A stretch of 64,000 nt of DNA, taken from NCBI GenBank assembly GCA_965248265.1, contig CBDFJF010000001.1:1056001-1120000 (forward strand), read 5' to 3'. The first letter of the stretch is position 1. Each line of letters begins with the position of its first letter. The notes below the pieces were generated by a model. The model did no database searches. It was given only the letters and a program-made list of their open reading frames with translations, and had not been told where the DNA came from. The stretch comes from Candidatus Latescibacterota bacterium (lineage in GTDB: Bacteria; Latescibacterota; UBA2968; UBA8231). Shown here piece after piece: positions 50,845 to 60,399 of this stretch. The position numbers were made by a program, and so were the translations under genes.

Positions 50845-51580
50845 CTACGCAGCCCTGGTCACGACCTTTGGCTGGAACACAGGCCGCAGATCTTTTGGGA
50901 ACAGGTGGCTATATGTCTTCAGCGTGATCGACGGGTTTGCATGGCGCAGCTGTGCGGAGACCTGTACGATGGACGCGCCATCCGCGATCGGCAAGCTTGC
51001 CGTAGTATGGCGGATCTCGTGCGGAGTTCGTGGCTCGATCTCCGCCGACTCGAAGAGCCGCTTCAACTTGTGCGCTTCATTGCGATGCGATAAGGGCGAG
51101 CCATCAGGCTGACACCACATCAGGCCGGTCTTGGGGGACTTTTTCAGGCCGCGCCGGGTGACCTCCCCTTGGCAGTGGAGTTCCAAGGCTTCGACCGTAC
51201 CCGGGGACAATGCGACTCGTCCATCGCGAATTGCCCTTCGGCGAGGCAAGGTGCCATCGCGCACCAGCTGCTCCTGCACATCGTACTGACCGTCTGCCAA
51301 GTGCTCCCACGTCGCACCCAACAACTCTCCCTGCCGTAGCCGGTATCCAACCAGAAGCGATAATGGCCGTACAGGAACGGCTCGTGCGCTTGGAGGTACA
51401 GCAAGGGGAAGGATTCGACTTCCTCCGGGCTCAGTGGCTTCTTGCGGCCCTGTGGGCGGTCGGAGGTTTAGCGAACACCTTGTCGAACGGGTTGCGCACG
51501 ACAAAATCTCTGGCCAAGGCCCACCTAACGAGGTTCTTCAACCGCACCCAGACGTGTTGCACCTGTCCCGCAGCGTAAAT
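50845..51580 (-). pseudogene. Tyrosine recombinase/integrase remnant
   Basis: RNPFD, LSPEEVESF, DTG/LRQGELLG (frameshifted), HEIRHT, LRHANPSITLKTYSH; at least two frameshifts and no N-terminus. Confidence 0.85.
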
Positions 51581-51990
51581 CGCCTCACAACCTGTCATTT
51601 TTCACCGAGATAACGGATGAACAAGTCTCTACGCACTCCGTGCGCGCTGCCAAGCTCTCGGTCGTTTTGGCGCCCAGCTCGGCGCCGCGCGCCGCCGACT
51701 GACCCGCGGATCCTATATATCCGACGGGCGACCCAGCAAGCTTGCAAGAGCACACATAATCTACCATAATGAGGGATTCAATGCTCATCGTCCGCACAGC
51801 CACTGCCGATGACGCAGATGCTATCTCCGCATCAACCATGAGCGGCACAGTCTTCAAGTGCATTACCTCATATTTACAAGCAAGGGTTTTGCGAGGGCTT
51901 CCCTGTCAAGCCGTCTTATATCAGTCAATCGCTCGCATCATTGGACCCAATTGCTTGAGTAAGATTAATGATTGAAGAAAGGAGAATGAA

Positions 51991-52770
51991 ATGTGCTGCA
52001 AGATTTTTTCTTGTATTTTCGTTTTCTTGTCAATCAGTTCTTCAAGTTATGCTGAGGGAAAAACCATTAAGATTGCAACCTTGGAGGACTATGCTCCTTT
52101 TTGTATGACTGTGGGAAAATTCCAATCAGATCAGATCATCCCAGTAGGTAAGGATGTTGTGGGATTTTAGGGCTATAGTTGGGATGTCTTAAGAGAAAGT
52201 TTTCATGAAATGGGATACACCATCCATTTGTCAATTACTCCCTGGGCAAGGGCTATGAAGTATGTCAGAAATGGAGAAGCAGACATCCTTTTTCCAGCTG
52301 GGAAAAACACTGAACGAGAAGGGATCTTTGATTATTCTGAAGAACCGGTTAATCAGGCGAATTTCTTGATTTATGTCCGAGTGGATGATCCAATCGAGTG
52401 GGGAGGGTTGGAATCCCTCAAAGGATTAGTAATTGGTGTAAAGCGAGGATTTAATTATGGAGATAGGTGGAAAGCAGCGACAGATATCAAAAAACGTGAT
52501 GTTGGTAAGATTTCAGCTGGGTTTACCATGCTGGCCCAAAAACGGCTAAACGGATTCCTCGGATACGAGCATAGTTGGGACTATGTCCTAAAGCAGGAAA
52601 ATTTGACGGCTAAATATAGAAAACTTCCCGCTTTTGATTCCTCAGCAGAGTATTTAGTAGCACTTAAAGGTAATCCAAAGGGCATAGATTTTCTAGAAGC
52701 TTTTGATACTGGAAAGGAACGACTTAATAAGAGTGGAAAATTAGAGAGCATAATGAGTAAATGGTTCTGA
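51991..52770 (+). pseudogene. AT-rich family-3 solute-binding protein with one in-frame TAG
   Basis: RBS AAGGAG; MCCKIFSCIFVFLSISSSSYA signal, TLEDYAPF, VGF*GYSWD (TAG 52168-70) in frame with ORF 52210-52770. Confidence 0.85.
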
Positions 52771-53137
52771 AATCGAGCTTGTTTTACACACTATGTCATG
52801 CAGCCTGCCCGCAATGTCGACTGGACTGGGTGCCGGAAAAGAGGCCGTACTGCACACCGCGCAGAGCCTGCTGCACGACCACGTTGCGGCACGTGCCCAT
52901 GGCCCGGCTAATGCCTGGATAGACCGCCAACGGTTGTCGACAGGTGGCGAAACAGGTGCGACCATGCCAGTGGCAGACGATCCCAGGTTCGACTTCCAGT
53001 TCTTCACGCTACAGGAGATGGCCGACGCCGCTGGCGCCGCCGGAGGGATTCCCGGCAGCAGAGAAGACGCGTCATTCCTCGTGGAATATATTCCATGACA
53101 GATGACACGCATCAGCTCTATTGCTAACCCAGCCCCA

Positions 53138-53371
53138 CTATCCCTGCACAAGCCACCTTATGGGGCCTACGGCCTGCAGGATGAATCCCGCAGTGACAAG
53201 AACGACGCCGACCGATCCGTGGCGCGTGAACCTACGCCTGTACACGGGACTTCCTTCCTTATTGCCCAGGGTAATCGCTCCCACCCTCGAAACGTACAGA
53301 GCCAGGAGCCACACACCGAGGATGTCCAGCAGAAGCCCTACGGTCGTCGTTGTAGCTGTGAGTTGATCCAT
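53138..53371 (-). CDS. Small two-transmembrane hypothetical protein (77 aa)
   Basis: Hydrophobic segments GLLLDILGVWLL and GVVLVTAGFILQAVG. Confidence 0.5.
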   Translation of the reverse strand: MDQLTATTTTVGLLLDILGVWLLALYVSRVGAITLGNKEGSPVYRRRFTRHGSVGVVLVTAGFILQAVGPIRWLVQG

Positions 53372-53485
53372 GAACACGCCGTGTCCTAATCCGGCACGTC
53401 GCAACTGGCGCTTGGTGAGCCCCGGCGCATTCTCCGGCAAGGAATGTGACTGCGACCCCGAACTCACCCTGGACCAAATCCCGCT

Positions 53486-54679
53486 GTGGCGCCAGCAGGC
53501 GGACACGAACTAACCAAAACGTCGCCTATGGCCTGCCAACGCCGCAAGGACACACCACAATGCGATGGCGAGAAGCACTCACCCGACCGGCCCGAGGACG
53601 AACCCACTCTGGCCGGCGAGGAGTGGGTGGAATGGGATGGCGAGTTAATCTGGGCTGTGGAGTTCACCTCCGGCGGTGCGCCCATCGGCCTGACCGAGAG
53701 GCAGTTTCGCCAGATCAACGCGCAGTTCGACGCAGGAGCGGGCTGGGCACGGGCCAAGGCGCTGCTCGCATGGGCCTTCGCTGCGAGTTCGCCCCCTGAT
53801 GCGCATGTCGACGTTGGCCGGGTCAGGAAGGTCGGTGAAGGGCTTTTCCGGGAAGTGTATGCCGCCCACGTGGACGTGTCTCCCGATCCCGAGGCCGTGA
53901 GCGGCGTGTGGGCCGTCCTTCTTCCCGACCGTCAGGCGACGCCGGAGGATGGCCAGCGCTGGATTCGCGAAGTCTGGATACTCGGACAGCTCGCGCGGTT
54001 GCAGTTGCCGTTCCGGGTCCCTGCTGCGCTTGGCGCCTTCCCGGTGGGAGACCGCCCTGCCACGATCCGGCAGTTCATTGAGGGGATTCCCGTGGACCTG
54101 AGAGTGGGCCGCATGCGAAGTGTCCGCCCGGCTGAGTTGGTGGGGCAGATCGCCGCCGCCATCCACGCCATTGACGTCACCGATTGGCCGCACCGCCTTC
54201 CCGGCGGTCATACGCGGCGCGCACACGGCGAGGAGATGCTGCAGGCTTTCGACGACCTCGCAACAACCGAGATCGAGCCGGCCCGAGAGTGGGCCATGCA
54301 TAACCTACCCCCAGATCGACCGGCCGCGTTGGTTCACGGTGACCTCCTGGGGCAGAACATCCTCGTACATCCGGACCAATCCCCTACCGTGATCGACTGG
54401 GAGTTCTGCCGTATGGGGGATCCCGCGTACGACCTGGCGATCGTCACGCGCGGCATCCGCCGGCCGTTCCAGATGGCGCGCGGCCTCGACCGCTTGCTCG
54501 AGGCCTATGCCGCCGCCGGGGGCGATGCGATCACGCGCTCGCAGGTCCACTTCCACGAGCTCTGCCTCAGCGCGCAGTGGTATCGCCAGGCGCAGCGCGG
54601 AAGCGGCTCCGAGCCGCCCGAACAGGCGTTAGCCAGGCTGCGTCGCATTGTGGGTCGCGCGGAGGCATCGACGCATTGA
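53486..54679 (+). CDS. Aminoglycoside/choline phosphotransferase (APH) family kinase
   Basis: VGEG loop, LVHGDLLGQNILV (HxDxxxxN), VIDWE, GDPAYDLA; start uncertain. Confidence 0.82.
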   Translation: MAPAGGHELTKTSPMACQRRKDTPQCDGEKHSPDRPEDEPTLAGEEWVEWDGELIWAVEFTSGGAPIGLTERQFRQINAQFDAGAGWARAKALLAWAFAASSPPDAHVDVGRVRKVGEGLFREVYAAHVDVSPDPEAVSGVWAVLLPDRQATPEDGQRWIREVWILGQLARLQLPFRVPAALGAFPVGDRPATIRQFIEGIPVDLRVGRMRSVRPAELVGQIAAAIHAIDVTDWPHRLPGGHTRRAHGEEMLQAFDDLATTEIEPAREWAMHNLPPDRPAALVHGDLLGQNILVHPDQSPTVIDWEFCRMGDPAYDLAIVTRGIRRPFQMARGLDRLLEAYAAAGGDAITRSQVHFHELCLSAQWYRQAQRGSGSEPPEQALARLRRIVGRAEASTH

Positions 54680-54697
54680 GCCAGATGCCAAGAAAAC

Positions 54698-54838
54698 CAG
54701 CCCCTGAATTCACCCTCGCCATGCCCGGCAAGCCCGCGAAACACCCATCCAGCCTTTACAAAAACCCCAGGTGTCCACTCGACACCAAGCCCCGAGCGAT
54801 CTAGACTACTGAAAAATGGCCGCTTGTCGTGCCTATCC
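54698..54838 (+). mobile_element. IS91/ISCR-like ori-side end, copy 3 (no transposase)
   Basis: Shares TGAATTCACCCTCGC, TCCACTCGACAC and terminal TAGACTACTGAAAAATGGCCGCTTGTCGTGCCTATCC with 2189-2328. Confidence 0.6.
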
Positions 54839-55090
54839 GTTCGTATCGAGATAACTATGGTACGCAGCACGAGGAAGATGGCTTTGCTATGGAGATCGCT
54901 GCAGCGAGTGGTAACGTTTACTTTACGGGGAGTGATAACCAACCACCTCGTCCTGCAAGCCAACGTGTCAAGTAACAGGATTTCACTCGCCCGGTTCCTT
55001 TTGCGAGGGGGCAGGGCCCTACAGATATGTGCGAAGGCAGGTATGATTGGTAGGAATATCAAGGGCACGCTGGAGCTGTTGATCGTATGC

Positions 55091-57235
55091 ATGACGTCGT
55101 CAATCATCCAAGCTTTCCTGCTTTGCCTCATGGTGTACCCTGGCCTCGCCACGGCGGATGAAGAGCCGGGTGCGGCGGGAACTACCTGGCTGTACGACCT
55201 GTCTCTGGGGGAGTTGGCGAATGTGGAGATCACCTCTGCCGCCAGATCCTCGGAGAAGATCGAGGAAATTCCCGCAAGTGTCGTCCTGATCACGCGCCAA
55301 GAGATCGAGTCGTACGGGTACACTACGTTGACGGAACTGCTTGCACATATCCCCGGCCTTTATCTGATCGACGACTACCAGGAAGGTGCGAAACTGGGCC
55401 TGCGGGGGTTCTGGTCAGGCGTGACTAACCGCAATATCATCGTCCTCGTAGATGGGGTGAAACAGGTTGAGGATCGGGATCAAACGAACCCGCTGAACAA
55501 GATCGCGATGCCGGTAGAGTCCATCGAGCGGATCGAGGTGGTACGCGGGCCCATGAGCGTAATCTACGGCCCGGGCGCGCTTTTCGGCGTGATCAACATC
55601 ATTACCCACAAACCGGGGGGTGAATCGTCAAATCGAGTGTCGGCGTCGTACGGCCAACTCAACACTGGACGAGCTTTCGTCAGTGTCGTGGACAAGGTGG
55701 GTGAGCTGAAGTTCGCACTCAACTCGACACTCTACGGCACCGATGGCATCGATGAGCCCTACAGCCGCATCCAGAGCACGCCGTCTCCGGGGACCGCCGG
55801 GCTCAGCACCGAGAACAGGCTTGAAGATAAGGAGCGATATCTCAATCTCTCGGGGTCGTTCAGAGGTTGGTTTTTCGACACCAGCTTCGTCCGCTCGGAG
55901 AAGGAGTTCTTCTTCCCCCTCCCGGCGGTGGTGGATGGCTCGCTGCGAACGACGGAGGCAGTAAACCTGGCGGGAGGCTATGCAATGGAAGTCTCGCCGA
56001 CCCTTTCACTGGATGGCAAGCTATTCTACTCGAGCAATGATGCCCACCTCCGCTACGACGTGCGCCGGCCAGACTGGGACGGCAACCAGCGCTGGAAGTC
56101 GTCGGCTCTGGAACTGGAGTTGAATGCGTTCTGGCAACACGATGAGACGCTCGATGTCACGGTGGGAGTGAACCGGCGGTCCGTCTTCGATCTGTCCGAT
56201 CGTTTTCACATTCCGTCCTCCGGGTTCCCCAGCACACAGCATGCGGAGCGGTTGCTGGTTGACGGAGATCACATCGTCACGCAGGCACTGTTTTCGCAGG
56301 CGAGCTACCATCTGTCAGACGCCCTGTTGCTGGTTGCTGGGTTGCGTGCCGAGCAGCAGTTACCGTACCGGCTCAGCAACTCAAGTGCGGCAGGGCTCCC
56401 CGAGTTTTCTTTTCGGGAAGGCAAGTTCAACGAAGACGGGATCACTCTTATCCCGAGAGCGGCGGCGATATACAATGTGAACGACCGGCATATCATCAAG
56501 GCGATGTACGGCGAGGCCATCAATCGGCCGTCCTTCCTGCAAAACATCACGAACACGCTCGACCCAAATCGGGACAGTCTGGAGCCCGAGAAAATTCAGA
56601 CGGTGGAACTGAATTACATAACGACTCCGGCGCAGAGGATACGCATCAATCTGAGCCTGTTTCACAACACCCTCACTGACCTGATCACACGGCAGGCCGA
56701 GTTCGTCGGCGGCGACTACACGACGTTCTCCGGCAACGGAGGCAGGCTGGTCACCCATGGCATTGAGATGACGGTGCAAAGCCGCCCTGCAGAGGCCCTG
56801 GGAGTCGAGGTCAGCGGTACCTATCAGTCTACCGACGACGAGGACGCTGTGGATCGCAGCGTCGCGTACTCTCCCAATATGCTGGGGTATATGAGGGCCC
56901 TGTACAGCGTCTCAGAAAAAACCAGCATCGCTCTGACGGGGAACTACGTAGATGGCATGCGGCCATACTATGACATCACATTGGTGGATCCAAACCTGGG
57001 CGTGGAGGGCGAGCAGAAGGGGCGAATCGGAAACAGTGTGGACGGCTACTTCACATTAGGGGCGAACCTTCGCACTTGGGATTTCTACTACCCAGGGGTT
57101 TACGTCAATATCAGAGGATCGAACCTACTCGGCAGCACGATCCGCTATCCGAGCTTCACGACGAACGCGTGGGCGGACAAAGGTACTCTGGGCACGGGCA
57201 GAGCAGTGCTGGCGACGATGGGCTGGGAGTATTGA
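55091..57235 (+). CDS. TonB-dependent receptor
   Basis: Signal peptide from ATG 55091; LSLGELANVEITSA, plug IERIEVVRGPMSVIYG..A..GVINIIT, LEPEK, C-terminal aromatic residue. Confidence 0.92.
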   Translation: MTSSIIQAFLLCLMVYPGLATADEEPGAAGTTWLYDLSLGELANVEITSAARSSEKIEEIPASVVLITRQEIESYGYTTLTELLAHIPGLYLIDDYQEGAKLGLRGFWSGVTNRNIIVLVDGVKQVEDRDQTNPLNKIAMPVESIERIEVVRGPMSVIYGPGALFGVINIITHKPGGESSNRVSASYGQLNTGRAFVSVVDKVGELKFALNSTLYGTDGIDEPYSRIQSTPSPGTAGLSTENRLEDKERYLNLSGSFRGWFFDTSFVRSEKEFFFPLPAVVDGSLRTTEAVNLAGGYAMEVSPTLSLDGKLFYSSNDAHLRYDVRRPDWDGNQRWKSSALELELNAFWQHDETLDVTVGVNRRSVFDLSDRFHIPSSGFPSTQHAERLLVDGDHIVTQALFSQASYHLSDALLLVAGLRAEQQLPYRLSNSSAAGLPEFSFREGKFNEDGITLIPRAAAIYNVNDRHIIKAMYGEAINRPSFLQNITNTLDPNRDSLEPEKIQTVELNYITTPAQRIRINLSLFHNTLTDLITRQAEFVGGDYTTFSGNGGRLVTHGIEMTVQSRPAEALGVEVSGTYQSTDDEDAVDRSVAYSPNMLGYMRALYSVSEKTSIALTGNYVDGMRPYYDITLVDPNLGVEGEQKGRIGNSVDGYFTLGANLRTWDFYYPGVYVNIRGSNLLGSTIRYPSFTTNAWADKGTLGTGRAVLATMGWEY

Positions 57236-57347
57236 GGAGGCCCAACCGATCAGTATGAACAGGATTCTCATTCCGCTTTTGAACCGGGTGCCAAAGGCAT
57301 TGGGTCCTCACTGCGGAAGCACAGCAGGAACGACAGGACGACTAGAA

Positions 57348-60248
57348 ATGCCAGGCCACAAAAGCTGCACAGAAGGTTTTGCAAAGATTGCACGACATTT
57401 GAGCCTAGGCTTGCTGATGTTTCCTGGACTTGCTACTGCCCAATCCATGTCACCGGTTCAGGTGAAGGCCGCGTACGTCTACAACTTTCTGAAGCACATT
57501 GAGTGGCAAGGCGAAAATACTGTGTCTCGCTTTGTTGTGGGCGTGTACGGAGAGGACGAGGTGCTCTACCGGGAGTTGTCGTCGACGCTTCCCAAAATGA
57601 GCGTGAAAAAGAAGGGGATCCAGATCGTACAGTTGTCGGATATCGATCAGGTGAAGTCGGTGCATCTGTTGATGGTTGCCGAATCCGAGAACACCGGCAT
57701 CAGGACAATCGCGAATAGTGTCCGCCGCACCAACACGCTGCTGGTTACGGACAATTGCGACGACAGGCAGGCGATCATGATAAACTTCAACTCACGCGGC
57801 GCAGATCGGATTGGGTTCGAGGTCAACAAGCCGAATATTGTGTACGAGGGGCTGAAGTTCTCCCCGGATATCCTGCTCGCAGGAGGTACCGAGCTGGATG
57901 TCGCTGAGCTGTACCGTGAGATGGAGGCTTCTTTGCAGGAGACCCGCGAAACGGTAACGGCACAACAGACAGAACTCGGACGGCAGCGAGATGAAATTGA
58001 GTCGAGGGAAGTAGAGATAGAGAGCCAAGAACGGCGCTTGGCCGAACAGAACTACCAGATCAAAGAAAAGGAAACACTGTTGAGCGGCCTCGAGAGCCGG
58101 CTTGCGGATGAGCGTTCCGTTCTTGTGGGAAACCAGAGCCGGATGGATGAGTACGAATCCGAACTACGTGTCAAACTGGATACTTTGGCAGCGAAAGAGG
58201 CGCAGGTGAACGCCCTGGCAACCGAGATCAGTGGCAGCTCCGCCGTACTTGAAGAGCAGAAGAGGCAGATCAGCAGCCAGAAGGAACAGATCAAACAGCA
58301 GCAAGAGAACCTGGAGACGCAGGGTTCGACCATACAAGAACAGGAAGCGCTGCTACTGGGTGGAGGCATTATTCTGCTTTTGGTGATCGCACTTGGGGGG
58401 GTGATCACCTGGAGCTATAGAGTGAACCGAAACACTTCGGTTGCGCTTGCAGAACGTGAGGCGAGGTTCCGATTCATCTTCGAACACTCAGGCAGTGCCC
58501 AGATTGTCTACGACGACAATGGCATCATTGACTGTAACGAAGCCGCCGTGAGATTCTGCGGCTGTGACAGCAAGGAACAGCTTCTTTCGCGCCAACCCTA
58601 CGAACTCTCGCCGAAGTACCAACCGGATGGGCGGTCTTCGGAGGAAGCCGGATTAGAGATGAGGGCAATTGCCCGCACCCAAGGAACGCACCGATTCGAA
58701 TGGACGGCCCGCAAGGCGGATGGCCGGGAATTCCCGACAGAGGTCAGCCTGGCCTTGGGGCATCTGGAGGGCAGACCGGTCATTCTGGCGGTGGTGAGTG
58801 ACCTTACCGAGCGCAAGCAGGCTGAAGAGGAGATCCGAGCGGCTAAAGAAGAAGCGGAGCGTTACGCGGAACAAGCCGAGTCAGCGAACCAGGCCAAGAG
58901 CGAGTTTCTGGCGAATATGAGTCACGAGATCCGGACTCCTTTGAACGCGATTCTGGGATACACTCAAATTATGGAAGGCGCGTCCGATCTGCCCGAACAC
59001 CATCGCAGATCTCTGGAGACCATCGGCGACAGCGGCGAACACCTGCTGGGTCTTATCAACGATATTCTCGACATCTCCAAGATCGAAGCCGGTCAAGAAA
59101 TGCTCAACTCCGTTGACTTCGATCTTCTAGGCATGGTCAACGGTCTGGGCAGCATGTTTGAGATGCGCTGTCAGCAGAAAAAACTGGACTGGAAGCTGGC
59201 AGTGGACGTCTCCACAGGCAATGTTTACGGGGATGAGGGCAAGCTGCGCCAGGTGCTGATCAACCTGTTGGGCAATGCGGTAAAATTCACGCAGGCAGGG
59301 GAGGTAGGACTGAAGCTCGAGGCTCTCGACGAGGATCGATATTCGTTCGAAATATGGGACACGGGGCCCGGTATTCCCGAGGAAAGAAAGAAGTCGGTCT
59401 TCGAGCCATTTCAGCAGGAAGACGAAGGCATGCGGCAGGAGGGGACTGGTTTGGGTTTGGCCATTTCTCTACGGCACGCGCAGATGATGGGCGGAAAAAT
59501 CGGGCTGGAGTCCACCGGCGGAGAGGGCGCTCGATTCACCCTTACGCTAACCTTGCCGCCCGGCAAGGAATCGGCCGAAGAGGAGGCTTCGACTGATTGG
59601 TCTCGGGTGGCCCACCTGGCCCCAGGCAGCTCTGTGCGGGCAGTGGTCGTGGATGACGTAGAAGCCAACCGGGATGTTCTCTCGCAGATGCTGACCCAAA
59701 TCGGCGTGGAAGTAGAGACTGCTGAGGATGGCGCACAAACGCTGGATCTAATTCGGCGGGAGATGCCCAACATCGTGTTTCTGGATATTCGCATGCCCGT
59801 GATGGACGGCCCCGAGACGCTGGAGCGCCTGCTCGACGAGTATGGCCCGGATGCGACGGTGATGGTTGCGGTGACGGCGTCGGTGTTTGATCATCAGCGT
59901 GAGCAATATCTCAATATGGGGTTTCGTGATTTCATCGACAAACCGTTACGCGTCGAGCAGATCTATGCATGTCTTGCCAGACACCTGGGAGTGGACTTTG
60001 TACGCAAGGATCCGGTGCAACCAACTTCGCGAGAGATGCTGACGCCGGAAGCTCTCTCTGAGTTGCCAGCCGACTGGCTGGCGGCACTGCTTCAGGCAGC
60101 GTCCGAGGCCGACGCCGAGGGGACGTTGGACCTTCTCAGGCAAGTGGAAGAGCATGAAGCCCTGGTGGGGGCGCTGACAGACTTAACCCGTGACTTCCAG
60201 TTCAACAGAATCATAGACTTGATTCAAGCCGTAGAGGCAACGCCCTGA
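57348..60248 (+). CDS. YfiR/DUF4154-coiled coil-TM-PAS-HisKA-HATPase-REC hybrid kinase
   Basis: VKAAYVYNFLKHIEW, MINF...FEVN (YfiR); Q/E-rich heptads; transmembrane segment; PAS; MSHEIRTPL; FLDIRMP. Start 57255 or 57348. Confidence 0.88.
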   Translation: MPGHKSCTEGFAKIARHLSLGLLMFPGLATAQSMSPVQVKAAYVYNFLKHIEWQGENTVSRFVVGVYGEDEVLYRELSSTLPKMSVKKKGIQIVQLSDIDQVKSVHLLMVAESENTGIRTIANSVRRTNTLLVTDNCDDRQAIMINFNSRGADRIGFEVNKPNIVYEGLKFSPDILLAGGTELDVAELYREMEASLQETRETVTAQQTELGRQRDEIESREVEIESQERRLAEQNYQIKEKETLLSGLESRLADERSVLVGNQSRMDEYESELRVKLDTLAAKEAQVNALATEISGSSAVLEEQKRQISSQKEQIKQQQENLETQGSTIQEQEALLLGGGIILLLVIALGGVITWSYRVNRNTSVALAEREARFRFIFEHSGSAQIVYDDNGIIDCNEAAVRFCGCDSKEQLLSRQPYELSPKYQPDGRSSEEAGLEMRAIARTQGTHRFEWTARKADGREFPTEVSLALGHLEGRPVILAVVSDLTERKQAEEEIRAAKEEAERYAEQAESANQAKSEFLANMSHEIRTPLNAILGYTQIMEGASDLPEHHRRSLETIGDSGEHLLGLINDILDISKIEAGQEMLNSVDFDLLGMVNGLGSMFEMRCQQKKLDWKLAVDVSTGNVYGDEGKLRQVLINLLGNAVKFTQAGEVGLKLEALDEDRYSFEIWDTGPGIPEERKKSVFEPFQQEDEGMRQEGTGLGLAISLRHAQMMGGKIGLESTGGEGARFTLTLTLPPGKESAEEEASTDWSRVAHLAPGSSVRAVVVDDVEANRDVLSQMLTQIGVEVETAEDGAQTLDLIRREMPNIVFLDIRMPVMDGPETLERLLDEYGPDATVMVAVTASVFDHQREQYLNMGFRDFIDKPLRVEQIYACLARHLGVDFVRKDPVQPTSREMLTPEALSELPADWLAALLQAASEADAEGTLDLLRQVEEHEALVGALTDLTRDFQFNRIIDLIQAVEATP

Positions 60249-60399
60249 ATTGGCGTGAATCGGCTGTCTCCCTTGGATCGACAGGGCGCTGGCAGAAGTG
60301 ACTGTCCGACGCGACGCTGGGAGTGAAGTCTGCGTGTCGGTTGCCAGCAGGCGATCCGTTTACCCATTCCGATCGTCGCTGTTTGTCCCAGAAGATTGA

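Noticed and set aside
42814-52170. Stop-codon reassignment or pyrrolysine to explain in-frame stops
   Set aside because: One stop is TAA and the other TAG; TAG terminates normal genes here (4864, 17496, 22913, 29940, 50651); no pyl genes seen.
52793-53098. 101-aa ORF after the AT-rich SBP
   Set aside because: No RBS or recognisable motif; cannot be supported as a gene.
53100-53520. Integron cassette/attC around the small membrane ORF
   Set aside because: No convincing RYYYAAC...GTTRRRY pair with internal symmetry, and the nearby integrase remnant shows no IntI-specific features I can recognise.
54824-55090. N-terminal extensions in the ORF track for the TBDR (also 35292-36302, 27709, 17375, 9568)
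   Set aside because: Downstream starts give proper signal peptides, RBS or family-typical N-termini; the TBDR extension even begins inside the IS91-like end.
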